From contig JBFGNS010000003.1 in NCBI GenBank assembly GCA_041574955.1, positions 2,640 to 66,639 on the forward strand: a stretch of 64,000 bases of DNA, given 5' to 3'. This DNA is from Thermoanaerobaculia bacterium. Lineage in GTDB: Bacteria > Acidobacteriota > Thermoanaerobaculia > Multivoradales > JAHEKO01. How positions within the stretch are numbered: position 1 is the stretch's first letter; each line of letters starts with the position of its first letter. Both the position numbers and the translations under genes were made by a program. Below the pieces are notes generated by a model, which saw nothing but the letters and a program-made list of their open reading frames with translations, made no database searches and was not told the DNA's origin. Shown here piece by piece: positions 18,673 through 27,863 of this stretch.

Positions 18673-18942
18673 GCGGGCCGGTGTCAGCGCCGGTTTTTTG
18701 GCGCTGATGGCGCCGAGAACCGTTTCGATCCGGGTCGGGCACGGGCTCGCAGCGCCTTCCCCGTGACGCCGCGGCGAGCCCGGGCAGGCGTCCCAAGTCT
18801 TTCAGCTGCGGGGTTTTGACGCCTCGACCGCGAGACCGCGAACCGCCCCGGCGGGGCCGATCCATCGATCCGCGCCGATGGTACGGGCCTTGCCGATGAA
18901 TTTCCTGCCGGCGGGGCTGGACCGCCGCAGGGAGGGCCAGGG

Positions 18943-20670
18943 ATGAGAAGGCAAAGGAGCTTGTTTGGAGGAGTCGCGGGCGCGCCCGCGGGAGTGGCGC
19001 TGGCCGCCGCGCTGATGCTGCTGGGACCGATCCCGCCGCGGGCGGCGGACGCCGGGGCGACTACCCGCGTCATCGTCCAGGCGAGCGGCGCCGGCGAGGC
19101 GGCGGCGGCGGTTCGCGCCGCGGGCGGGCGGGTGACCCGCGAGCTGCCCATCGTGCGCGGCGCGGTCGCAGAGCTGACCGCCGGTCAGGCCGAGCGGCTG
19201 GCGACGCGCGCGGGCGTGCGCCTGGTAGCCGACCGCCGCGTCGAGCTGGCCGGCCGGGGCAACAAGAAAGGCGGCGGCTCGGCCGGCAGCACCCACTATC
19301 CGACCCTGATCGGCGCCGACCGCCTGCACGCCGAGGGCGTCACCGGCTACGGCGTCACCGTGGCGGTGGTGGACTCGGGCCTGTGGCCGGACTCGGACGT
19401 GCTGCTCGACAGCGGCGGCAGGTCGCGATTGCTGGCCAGCTACGACGTGCTGGGCGGCCAGACCGGTACGGTGCGCGACGGCTACGGCCACGGCACCCAC
19501 GTCAGCGGAGTGGCGGTGAGCCGCCGGCAGGGTCAGGGCAAGTTCGACGGCATCGCTCCCGACGCCGACCTGGTATCGGTGCGCGCCTTCGACGAGAGCG
19601 GCGTAGCCACCTACGCCGACGTGGTCACCGGACTGCAGTGGCTGCTGGACCACCAGAGCGTCTACGGCATCCGGGTGGTCAACCTGTCGTTCAGCGCGCC
19701 GCCGCGCTCCTACTACTGGGAGGATCCGATCAACCAGGCGGTGATGGAGCTGTGGCGAGCCGGCATGGTGGTGGTGGCCTCGGCCGGCAACGGCGGCCCG
19801 CAGCCGATGACCATCGGAGTGCCGGCCAACCTGCCCTACCTCGTGACCGTCGGTGCGATGACCGACAACTTCACCGCCGCCGACCCCGAGGACGACTACC
19901 TGGCTTCGTTCTCGGCCGCCGGGCCGACCTACGAGGGTTTCGTCAAGCCCGAGATCGTGGCGCCGGGCGGTCACGTGCGGGCGCTGATGGACCGCGGTGA
20001 CGCCATTGCCCGCGCGCACCCCGAGTTCCACGACGGCAGCTACTACTTCGAGATGTCGGGCACCTCGCAGGCGGCGGCGGTGGTGAGCGGGGTGGCGGCG
20101 CTGATGCTCCAGCAGTCGCCCCAGCTCACACCCGATGAGGTCAAGTACCGGCTGATGGCCTCGGCGAGCCCGGCGACCAACGCCGGCGGTACGCTGATCT
20201 ACTCGATCTTCCAGCAGGGGGCCGGCCTGGTGAACGCCTACGAGGCGGTGCGCGGCTCGTTCGGCGACGACTGCCTTCTGTCGTGCGATGCCGCCCTCCG
20301 CGCCAACCAGGGGCTCGACATCGACGCTGACCTCGCCGGCCTGCTGCACTTCTCCGGCCCGGCCGACGCCTACGACACCGTGGTCCGCAAGGGCGGCGAG
20401 GAGCGCACCGTCCGCACCTACTTCGTGACCGACGCCCTGGGTGAGCCGCTGGCCGGTCACGGCTTCGCCTGGTCCGGCGGCTATGCGCGCGATGCGGGCT
20501 TCCTGTGGTCGGACGGCTTCGTCTGGTCGGACGGCTTCTTGTGGGCCGACGGCTATCTGTGGTCGGACGGTTTCGTGTGGGCCGACGGGCTGCTGTGGGC
20601 CGACGGCTACCTGTGGTCCGACGGGCTGGCCGAGCCGATGTCGGTCAACGTCTGGGTACCCCAGCAGTAG
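18943..20670 (+). CDS. Secreted subtilisin-like serine protease (peptidase S8) with C-terminal WxDG hexapeptide repeats
   Basis: Catalytic triad contexts VAVVDSGL, GHGTHVSG and MSGTSQAAAVVSG; signal peptide present; repeat tail at the C-terminus. Confidence 0.9.
   Translation: MRRQRSLFGGVAGAPAGVALAAALMLLGPIPPRAADAGATTRVIVQASGAGEAAAAVRAAGGRVTRELPIVRGAVAELTAGQAERLATRAGVRLVADRRVELAGRGNKKGGGSAGSTHYPTLIGADRLHAEGVTGYGVTVAVVDSGLWPDSDVLLDSGGRSRLLASYDVLGGQTGTVRDGYGHGTHVSGVAVSRRQGQGKFDGIAPDADLVSVRAFDESGVATYADVVTGLQWLLDHQSVYGIRVVNLSFSAPPRSYYWEDPINQAVMELWRAGMVVVASAGNGGPQPMTIGVPANLPYLVTVGAMTDNFTAADPEDDYLASFSAAGPTYEGFVKPEIVAPGGHVRALMDRGDAIARAHPEFHDGSYYFEMSGTSQAAAVVSGVAALMLQQSPQLTPDEVKYRLMASASPATNAGGTLIYSIFQQGAGLVNAYEAVRGSFGDDCLLSCDAALRANQGLDIDADLAGLLHFSGPADAYDTVVRKGGEERTVRTYFVTDALGEPLAGHGFAWSGGYARDAGFLWSDGFVWSDGFLWADGYLWSDGFVWADGLLWADGYLWSDGLAEPMSVNVWVPQQ
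20505..20628 (+). repeat. Seven tandem 18-bp coding repeats (W[SA]DG[FYL][LV])
   Basis: TGGTCGGACGGCTTCGTC and its variants repeat in frame, giving WSDGFV WSDGFL WADGYL WSDGFV WADGLL WADGYL WSDGL. Confidence 0.9.
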
Positions 20671-20701
20671 CCGGGACGCCGCCACCGGCGGCGGCGCTCG
20701 C

Positions 20702-22135
20702 TCAGCCGGCGGCGGCCAGCGCCGGCGTCTGCAGCGCGCGCTGGCGGTAGAGCAGCTCGAACAGGTTGCCCTCGTGGGGCTGGTCCCAGCTCACCCGACT
20801 GGTGGGCAGCGGTCCCAGGTTGAGCCGCTCGATGGCGGGCGACACCAGCGCCTGCTGCTGCAGCTCGCGGTCGTTGCTCAGCAGCGTCGCCACCAGCGTC
20901 GGCTCGAGGGCGGCCAGCAGCCGCTCGCGGGGTACCTCCACCACGCCGACGAACGGCAGCAGGAGCTCGGTCTGGGCCAGCGGGTGGCCCGGGTCCTCGC
21001 ACCAGACGACGGTGGGCAGCACGAACCAGCAGCCGCCCGCCTGCGCTACCCGGCCGCCCGAGCGGTGGCGGGCGGTGAGGTCCTCGGCGCCGGGTTGGCC
21101 GAGCCGGGCGTCGATGTACTCCGACAGCCGCTCGGCGGCGGCGCGGCTGGGCATCGCGGCCAGCGCCGCCTCGGGGTGGTCGAGCGGGCGCGCCTCGATG
21201 GCGGCCAGCCGTTCGGCCAAGCCGTCGGCCAGCTCCCGGCCGTGTGCGGTGGTGCGGACGCCCGAGGCGTTGACGCACGAGCGGCCGCCGTTGTCGGCCA
21301 CCGAGGCGGCGATCAGCTCGAGGTGGTCGCGCCAGCTGGCGGCCTGGTCGGGCCCCAGCAGCACCTTGCTCCAGCCGGGGCCGTGGATCTGGACGCGCGA
21401 GTCGGCCCGCCACGGCTCGACGGTGGCGCGGTCGCCGAACAGCAGCGAGCGGCCGCACTCCAGCAGCAGCTGGGCGGCGCCGTCGTAGCCGGCCGGGTAG
21501 AAGCCGAGCGCCGCCGGCGGCAGGCCGGCAGCGAGGAGAGCCTGGCACACCCGCCACGGGGTCCACGGCTCCTGGCTGCCGGGCTTGAGCGCCAGCGCCA
21601 CCTTGAAGGCGACCGCCGGCAGCCACAGCGAGTGGACGCCGGGCGAGTTGCTCGGCAGCACCGCGCCGAGAACCGAGGTCTCGCGCCGGTAGGAGACGGT
21701 GCGCCCCTCCTGCACGCCGTAGCCGCGGTCGAGGATGGCGCCGTCCAGGCCGCGGGTCAGCCCCGCCATCACGGTCGGCATCTCGGCCATCACGAAGCGG
21801 ATCTTCTCCATGTTGCGCCGCCCCATGGCCTCGGGCATGCCGGTGGTGGCGGCCAGCTGGCGCAGGTAGTCGGACGGGCCCTGGACGGCGTCGCCGAGCG
21901 GCAGCTGGCCGCCGACGAACAGCTCCGCCGCCCGCCGGCAGATCTCGACCAGCTCGTCGGTGGCCAGCGCGTCGAGCGGCTCGAGCTCGGCCATGCGGCG
22001 CACGTCGCGCGCGACGAGCCCCGGGTGAGCGCGGCTCACCTCCGCCACCGGTTCGCCGGTGCGCAGGTCGGCCAGCCGCGCCGTGGTCAGGCTGCGGTAC
22101 GGCCGTCCGAGGCGGAGCAGCGGGATGTGGAGCAT
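20702..22135 (-). CDS. Aldehyde-dehydrogenase-superfamily protein (acyl-CoA reductase/LuxC-like candidate)
   Basis: Shows LPSNSPGV, ALKPGSQEP and the Cys context NGGRSCVNASGV. No signal peptide. The ATG at 22135 shares 1 nt with the upstream TGA. Confidence 0.75.
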   Translation of the reverse strand: MLHIPLLRLGRPYRSLTTARLADLRTGEPVAEVSRAHPGLVARDVRRMAELEPLDALATDELVEICRRAAELFVGGQLPLGDAVQGPSDYLRQLAATTGMPEAMGRRNMEKIRFVMAEMPTVMAGLTRGLDGAILDRGYGVQEGRTVSYRRETSVLGAVLPSNSPGVHSLWLPAVAFKVALALKPGSQEPWTPWRVCQALLAAGLPPAALGFYPAGYDGAAQLLLECGRSLLFGDRATVEPWRADSRVQIHGPGWSKVLLGPDQAASWRDHLELIAASVADNGGRSCVNASGVRTTAHGRELADGLAERLAAIEARPLDHPEAALAAMPSRAAAERLSEYIDARLGQPGAEDLTARHRSGGRVAQAGGCWFVLPTVVWCEDPGHPLAQTELLLPFVGVVEVPRERLLAALEPTLVATLLSNDRELQQQALVSPAIERLNLGPLPTSRVSWDQPHEGNLFELLYRQRALQTPALAAAG

Positions 22136-23229
22136 CAGTAGACCCCGACCGTGACGGTCTCGCCGAGCGGCGCGAACAGCCGCAGGTTGGACACGCCGTC
22201 CCACGGGTAGGGCGCGATCGGCTCGGCGCGCTCGCCCTCGTCCCGCTCGAGGAAGCGTGGCATGAAGAACTCGCGGGTCAGCGTGGTGAGCATCACCCGC
22301 CCGGTGGCGCCGTAGTCGACGGTGGTCTCCGGGTCGTCGGGGTCGACCAGCTCGAAGATGGCGCGCGGGCTGGGCGGGTAGTAGGTGATGGTGTAGTCGG
22401 GCCGCTCGGGGTCGAACGGCCGCGAGCACGCCAGGCCCATCAGGGTGTTGCCGTAGGTGGGCACGAAGTCGATGCCGGGCACCAGCTCCTCGCGCGCGAA
22501 GCGGTGGAACTGGGCGTTCATCTCGGTGCCGCCGCAGAAGATGCCGCGGATGCCCACCTTCGCCAGGTCGAGCTTGGCGCTCAGCGCCTCGAGCAGCTTC
22601 GGGGTGGTGAACAGGCAGCGGATGTTGTCGTGGCCGCGCAGGATCTTGAGCCCCTGGTCGATGACGTGCTCCTTGTAGGCCTCGGCCTCCTGCAGCCGGC
22701 CGGCCTTGAGCAGCTTCGACACCCAGCGTGGGTCGAGATCGACGTGGAAGGCGATGCCGCCGCGGTACTGCGCCAGGTGCTCGATCGCCAGCCGCAGCCG
22801 CCGCGGACCGGTCGGGCCGAGCATCAGCCAGTCGCCGCCGCGCGGGAAGCCGTCGTCGGACAGGGTGCCGGAGAACATCTCGTAGTCGACGCGGAAGTCG
22901 TCGACGTTGATCCGCGTCTTGGGCAGGCCGGTCGAACCGCCGGTCTCGAAAACCGTGATCGGCTTGTCGAGCAGCGGCTGCGGCACCCACCTGCGCACCG
23001 GGCCGCCGCGCAGCCACTCGTCCTCGAAGTGACCCAGGTGTTTGAGGTCGGCGTAGCCGTGGATCTTGTCGCGCGGGTCGAACGGCAGGCGGGCGGCGTA
23101 GTCGAGCCAGAACCGGCAGCCGGTCTCGAGAGCGAAGTGCCAGGCCACCATCTCGCGCACCCAGGCGTCGAGACGCTGGCGGGCTTCCGCCACCTGTTCG
23201 GCGAGCGCCTGGCCGGTGGCCAGGGTCAT
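22135..23229 (-). CDS. Adenylate-forming enzyme, PaaK / F390-synthetase / LuxE-like
   Basis: Has the P-loop variant FETGGSTGLPK; also shows CGGTEMN and PTYGNT. About 364 aa with no signal peptide. ATGA overlap with the upstream gene. Confidence 0.7.
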   Translation of the reverse strand: MTLATGQALAEQVAEARQRLDAWVREMVAWHFALETGCRFWLDYAARLPFDPRDKIHGYADLKHLGHFEDEWLRGGPVRRWVPQPLLDKPITVFETGGSTGLPKTRINVDDFRVDYEMFSGTLSDDGFPRGGDWLMLGPTGPRRLRLAIEHLAQYRGGIAFHVDLDPRWVSKLLKAGRLQEAEAYKEHVIDQGLKILRGHDNIRCLFTTPKLLEALSAKLDLAKVGIRGIFCGGTEMNAQFHRFAREELVPGIDFVPTYGNTLMGLACSRPFDPERPDYTITYYPPSPRAIFELVDPDDPETTVDYGATGRVMLTTLTREFFMPRFLERDEGERAEPIAPYPWDGVSNLRLFAPLGETVTVGVY

Positions 23230-24689
23230 TCGGCGCCCGCCGGCGCCTTCGCCCCCTGGGCGAAGGCGAACAGCTTGTTGCGGCTGGCGATGTAGAGCAC
23301 GCTGTCGCGCGCTACCGGGGTGGTGTAGACGGCCGCTCCCAGGTTCATCTCGTCGAGCACCACCGGCTGGCCGTCCTTGCCCTTGCCGGCGGCGAGCACC
23401 ACCACGTCGCCGTCCTCGTCGCCCAGGTAGACCTTGCCGTCGGCGACGAACGCAGAGCCCCACACTGCGGCGAAGGTGTCGTAGGTCCAGTGGTGCTGGC
23501 CGGTGCGGGCGTCCAGGCAGTAGAGGAAGCCCGACAGGTCGGCGATGTAGAGCAGGCCGTCGGCGATCGCCGCGGTCGACATGGTGCGGTGGAACTCCTC
23601 GCCGCCCCGGTGCCAGGCGACGTGGGTGTCGGTGACGTCGCCCGAGCCGGCGGCGTCGATCGCCCACAGGTTGCCGACACCCTCACCGTGCTCGGGATCC
23701 TGGCCGACGCCGATGTAGACCCGGTCCTCCCACACCACCGGCGTGCCGATGATGTTGTTGCGGGTGCCCGAGCCGCCCAGCTCCCACTGCGAGTCCTTGG
23801 GGTTGGCGTCGAACTTCCACAGCAGCGAGCCGTCGTCGGGCTTGAGCGAGTAGACCCAGCCGTCGCCGCCCGGGAAGATCACCTGCGGCCGGCCCTTGAC
23901 CACCGCGTAGGCGGGGTTGGACCACTGGCCGTGCAGGATGTTGCGGCCCGGCAGCGCGCTCTCCCACACCAGCTTGCCGCTGCGCTTGTCGACCGCGATG
24001 AAGCTCGGCGCCAGCGTCGACGGGATGTTGACGTGGCCCTCGTCGACGCCGTTGCCGGTGACGGTGAACACCAGGTTGCCGACCACCAGCGGGTTGCCGG
24101 CGGCCAGGTTGTGGGGGAACACGTCGAGCTCCTCGATCATGTCCAGGCTCCACACCAGGTCGGCGTCGCGCTGTCCGCTGCGGGCCTCGCTGGTGATCGG
24201 GCCGTCGTTCTCGCCGTCGCGGAAGCCCTCGGTGTCGGCGCACACCAGCTCGGCCCGGTTGGAGACGTAGTACAGCCGGTCGCCCTCGACGTACGGCCCC
24301 GAGCAGATGCCCTGCAGCGGCCAGTCGTGGACCCGGCCGGCAGGCAGCTTGTCGTGCACCGCCTGCCACAGGAACTCGCCGCTGTCGGCGTCGAACGCCA
24401 TCAAGACGCCCTTGTCGCCGGTCACCGCGGGGTCGCGCGGGCTCTCGTTGTTGGTGCCGACGTAGATCCGGCTGCCCGCCACCACCGGCCCGCCGTAGCT
24501 CTGCGAGCCGAGGGGCTGGACCCACTTGACGTTCTCGCCGGTCTTGACGTTCCAGCTCGCCGGCAGCCCGGTGGCGCCGGAGACCATGTTGCGGGACGGC
24601 GTGTTGCCAAACATGCCGGTGACGGTGGCGGCCAGCGCCGCGCCCGCCGCCAGCGCGACGAACGAGGCTGCGATCAGGAGTCTCTTCAT
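23226..24689 (-). CDS. Secreted PQQ-like (BamB-type) beta-propeller repeat protein
   Basis: Signal peptide MKRLLIAASFVALAAGAALA. Repeated blade motifs (GRIYVGT, GEFLWQ, GKLVWE, GSLLWKF, GLLYIAD, GQHHWTY). ATGA overlap with the upstream gene. Confidence 0.85.
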   Translation of the reverse strand: MKRLLIAASFVALAAGAALAATVTGMFGNTPSRNMVSGATGLPASWNVKTGENVKWVQPLGSQSYGGPVVAGSRIYVGTNNESPRDPAVTGDKGVLMAFDADSGEFLWQAVHDKLPAGRVHDWPLQGICSGPYVEGDRLYYVSNRAELVCADTEGFRDGENDGPITSEARSGQRDADLVWSLDMIEELDVFPHNLAAGNPLVVGNLVFTVTGNGVDEGHVNIPSTLAPSFIAVDKRSGKLVWESALPGRNILHGQWSNPAYAVVKGRPQVIFPGGDGWVYSLKPDDGSLLWKFDANPKDSQWELGGSGTRNNIIGTPVVWEDRVYIGVGQDPEHGEGVGNLWAIDAAGSGDVTDTHVAWHRGGEEFHRTMSTAAIADGLLYIADLSGFLYCLDARTGQHHWTYDTFAAVWGSAFVADGKVYLGDEDGDVVVLAAGKGKDGQPVVLDEMNLGAAVYTTPVARDSVLYIASRNKLFAFAQGAKAPAGAE

Positions 24690-26899
24690 GGTTGGTTCCC
24701 GTAGACGTGGAGGTTGTCGAAGTGGATGTCGGTCGGGGAGTAGCCCGACAGGCCGGGCGCCCCCTGGTGGATCGGCAGCAGGTCCTCGACGACGATCGAC
24801 CAATCGGCCGGCTCTTCGCCGTCCTTTGGCCACACCTTGCCGCGGATCACGGCGCGCTCGCCGGCGGCGTCCACCCGCAGCTTCATGCGGTACCAGACGT
24901 CCGGCTGCCAGGGAAAGTCGATCTCGCGCATCATGCGCAGCTCCGACTGCCAGGAACGCACCTGCAGCTGCTGGTGGTTGCCCATCAGCTCCATCGTGTA
25001 GCCGGAGTTGATCAGCCCCATGTCGGGCATGCGGCGGCCGGTCCGGCTGCCCCTGAGATCGGCCTCGATGGTGTAGCCGGCGAGCTCGGGGTGGCCGATG
25101 AAGGTGATGTGGCGGTCGATCTTGCGCGCCGCCGGCCCCTTGACCAGCACCTTGTTGCCGTCGATCTCGTCGACCTTCCAGGCCATCAGGTAGGCCATGA
25201 AGTAGCCTGGCACCGCGCCGGCGGCAGTGGTCTCGAAGTCCTCGGCGAGCGGCAGCGGCTGCAGCACCCGCACCCGGCCGGCGGCGGAGAGCTCACCGGC
25301 GGTGGCCACCACCAGCCCCTGGCGCGAGCCGGCGGCGGCGGTGAGGACGCCGTCGGCCGACACCATGCCGGCGAGGCCGTCGAGCGACCAGTCGGCGGTC
25401 AGCGGCCCGAGCGGGCGTCCCTTGGCGTCGAACGCCTGCACCGTGAAGCCGGTGCTCTCGCCCGGCCGCAGGATGACCTCCGCCGGCACCACCCGGATGC
25501 GTGCCGGCGGCGTGCCGGCCGGCGGCGGGCTCTCGGGCGCCGCCGGCTGGGGGTCGGAGGAGACCCCGAACGGCTTGCTCTTGTCCCCCAGGCAGTACAG
25601 CCCCTCCTCGGTGGCGAAGTAGATACGGCCGTAGGCGATCGCCGGCGAGCTGTAGATCTCGGCGAACCGGTTCTCGCCCTCGAGCCGGATCTCCTCGAGG
25701 TCCAGCAGGCGGCCCGACTCGGCACCGGGCTCGACGATCAGGAACCGCCCGTTGACCTCGGTGGCGTAGAGCTTGCCGTCGGCCACCACCGGTGAGCCCT
25801 TGCCGACTCGCCCCAGGTTGAGCTCCCAGGCGGAGTCGCCGGTGGCGGCGTCGAGAGCGTGCAGGTTGGCCGAGTTGTCGATCACGTACAGCCGCCCGCC
25901 GGCGAGCGCCGGCGACGCGAACCCCGCCGACACCGGCGAGCGCCACAACTCGTGGCTGGCGGTGACGTCACCCGAGCCGGTGCCGTCGATCGCCACCACC
26001 CGCCCCATCGTGCCTTCGTCGACGTTCTCCTCCGAGTGGCTGGCGTAGACCTTGGTGCCGTCCACCACCACCGAGGTGTTGATGCCGCGCTGCGACAGCC
26101 GGAAGCCCCACACCGGCTCGCCGGTGCTCGCCTCGACGGCGTAGATGCCGCCGCCGCCGTTGCCCGCCACCACCAGCCGCCGGCCGTCGACCCACATCAG
26201 GTTGGGGGTCGATTGGGTGTTCTTGTCGGCCTGCGTGGGCGCCGGCGTCGACACCCACAGCAGCGCGCCGGTGAGCTTGTCGAAGGCGCGGTAGCGGTGC
26301 AGCGGGGTGCGCTCGCCGCCCCAGCTGGTGTTGGAGAAGGTGACGATCAGCCGCTCGCCGTCGACCAGCGGGGTCTGGGTGCGCCCGCCGTAGCCCTCCA
26401 TGAAGCCGAACTCGTCGACGAACGAGCGCGACCAGACGATGCGGCCGTCGGCCGAGTCGAAGCAGAAGAACAGCCCGCCGACGCCCTGGACGTAGACGTA
26501 GCCCGTCTCGGGGTCGGCTACCGGGCTCGGCCAGCCGACCCGGTTCCAGGGCACCGACGTGTGGTAGACGTTCCACCGCCGCTCCCACAGCTTGGCTCCG
26601 GTCTCGGCGTCGAAGCAGGCCATCATCTCCTGGCGCTGGCTGTCCTCGCCGACGCGGCCGTTGGCACAAACCCGGCCGCGGGTCACCACCGGCGTCGAGC
26701 GGCCGACGAAGTCGACCCGCCAGATCAGGTTCTCGCCGGCCTGCGACCAGCCCGCGATGAGGCCGGTCTCGGGCGACGTGCCGTTGCGCTGCGGGCCGCG
26801 CCAGTGGGCCCATTCTCCGGCCGAGGCCGGCGTGGCGACGAGCGCCGTGGTGAGCAGTACGGCGGTGGCCGCCGCGGCGGCCAGGAGCTTGCGGTGCAT
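24686..26899 (-). CDS. Secreted PQQ-like beta-propeller + Ig-like + LamG/DUF1080-like C-terminal domain protein
   Basis: Signal peptide. Propeller blades (WRGPQRNG, AKLWER, GRIVWS, GALLWV, GEPVWGF, GDSAWEL). An Ig-like segment (IRVVPAEVILRPGESTGFTVQAFD). The C-terminal jelly-roll-like part shows WKVDEIDGNKVLV...YRMKLRV...GKVWPKD. ATG at 26899 lies 5 nt after GGAGG. Confidence 0.8.
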   Translation of the reverse strand: MHRKLLAAAAATAVLLTTALVATPASAGEWAHWRGPQRNGTSPETGLIAGWSQAGENLIWRVDFVGRSTPVVTRGRVCANGRVGEDSQRQEMMACFDAETGAKLWERRWNVYHTSVPWNRVGWPSPVADPETGYVYVQGVGGLFFCFDSADGRIVWSRSFVDEFGFMEGYGGRTQTPLVDGERLIVTFSNTSWGGERTPLHRYRAFDKLTGALLWVSTPAPTQADKNTQSTPNLMWVDGRRLVVAGNGGGGIYAVEASTGEPVWGFRLSQRGINTSVVVDGTKVYASHSEENVDEGTMGRVVAIDGTGSGDVTASHELWRSPVSAGFASPALAGGRLYVIDNSANLHALDAATGDSAWELNLGRVGKGSPVVADGKLYATEVNGRFLIVEPGAESGRLLDLEEIRLEGENRFAEIYSSPAIAYGRIYFATEEGLYCLGDKSKPFGVSSDPQPAAPESPPPAGTPPARIRVVPAEVILRPGESTGFTVQAFDAKGRPLGPLTADWSLDGLAGMVSADGVLTAAAGSRQGLVVATAGELSAAGRVRVLQPLPLAEDFETTAAGAVPGYFMAYLMAWKVDEIDGNKVLVKGPAARKIDRHITFIGHPELAGYTIEADLRGSRTGRRMPDMGLINSGYTMELMGNHQQLQVRSWQSELRMMREIDFPWQPDVWYRMKLRVDAAGERAVIRGKVWPKDGEEPADWSIVVEDLLPIHQGAPGLSGYSPTDIHFDNLHVYGNQP

Positions 26900-26918
26900 T
26901 CCCACCTCCCCGATCGCT

Positions 26919-27314
26919 TCAGGTGACCCGGATGCGCCGCGGCTGCTGCTCTGGGGACTTCGGCAGGGTCAGCGTCAGCACGCCGCCGGCGATGCGGGCC
27001 GTGATGCCATCACGATCGATCTTGCTGGACAAGGCGAACGTCCGGCTGAAGTGCCCGACGTTGTACTCGGTGTAGACGGGGCTGAGCCCCTCGTAGGCTG
27101 AGAAGTCGATGCCGCCTTCCACCCTGAGCTGGTCGCGCTCGAGCGAGACCGAGAGCCGGCCCCTGTCGACGCCCGGCAGGTCCATCACCACCACCAGCGC
27201 CTCCTCGGTCTCGTAGATGTCGGTGTCGGGAGAGTAGGTCTTGCCGGGCGTGGTCTGCTCCCGTCCCGGGCTGCTCTCGCGCTTCTCGTGGACTTTCATC
27301 GGCTCGTCGGTCAT
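26919..27314 (-). CDS. Hsp20/alpha-crystallin family small heat-shock protein
   Basis: Shows DIYETEEALVVVMDLPGVD...F.RTFALSSKIDRDGITARIAGGVLTLTLPK. Confidence 0.9.
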   Translation of the reverse strand: MTDEPMKVHEKRESSPGREQTTPGKTYSPDTDIYETEEALVVVMDLPGVDRGRLSVSLERDQLRVEGGIDFSAYEGLSPVYTEYNVGHFSRTFALSSKIDRDGITARIAGGVLTLTLPKSPEQQPRRIRVT

Positions 27315-27326
27315 GGCGGCGCTCGC

Positions 27327-27749
27327 TCAGAAGACCTCGATGGTGCGCGGCTTGTCGGCCTCGGCGCGTGGCAGGGTCAGCCACAGGATGCCGTCCTTGT
27401 GCTCGGCGCGCGCCGCGTCCAGATCGATGGCGAACGGTACGGTCAGGGTGCGGTCGAAGGCGCCGCTCTGGCGCTCGCGACGGTGCACGCTGGTGCCCTC
27501 GGGGGCGGCGGTGGAACGGCTGCCCGCGATGCGCACGTGGTTGCGGTGGATCTGGACGTCGAGCGTCTGCTTGTCGATGCCGGGCAGCTCGGCCACCAGC
27601 AGGATGTCGCCGCCGCGCTGGAAGACGTTGACCGGCGGGTGGGCGCCGCGGCCGGCGGTGGAGCCGCCCAGCCCGCGCGACGACATCGACTCCTCGACCG
27701 CCTGCTGCAGGCGCTGGAGGGCGGCGAACGGATCCAGGAAGCTGGTCAT
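27327..27749 (-). CDS. Hsp20/alpha-crystallin family small heat-shock protein
   Basis: Shows VNVFQRGGDILLVAELPGID...GAFDRTLTVPFAIDLDAARAEHKDGILWLTLPR. Start taken at MTSFLDPF. Confidence 0.9.
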   Translation of the reverse strand: MTSFLDPFAALQRLQQAVEESMSSRGLGGSTAGRGAHPPVNVFQRGGDILLVAELPGIDKQTLDVQIHRNHVRIAGSRSTAAPEGTSVHRRERQSGAFDRTLTVPFAIDLDAARAEHKDGILWLTLPRAEADKPRTIEVF

Positions 27750-27863
27750 GGTGCGTCTTCTGCCATGCTGGCTGGGGCGTGACCGGCGGTTTCGCCCGAC
27801 AGAGCTTACCGCCCCGGCCACTGCGAGTTTATCCCTCCGCGGGCGGCGCGGGGAGGCGCGAGC

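Noticed and set aside
3525-18865. Very long antisense or alternative-frame ORFs, for example 3525-6011(-), 5863-9006(-), 8811-11501(-), 12415-16209(-) and 15608-18865(-). The same applies to 57316-60921(-) and 60576-63665(-).
   Set aside because: They lie opposite or out of frame to genes with clear family motifs. Their translations are Arg/Ala/Gly/Pro-rich low-complexity strings with no recognisable domains. Stop-free shadow frames of this kind are expected in DNA of about 72% GC.
20505-20628. A tandem repeat array that might suggest a CRISPR or VNTR locus.
   Set aside because: The repeats are contiguous 18-bp units with no spacers. They lie in frame inside the S8 protease ORF, and no cas genes are present in the window.
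27752-27765. A sigma-54-like TGGCAG-N5-GCA element on the minus strand upstream of the second hsp20 gene.
   Set aside because: The GG-to-GC spacing is 10 nt rather than 12. The element would end only about 3 nt from the ATG, which leaves no room for a leader.
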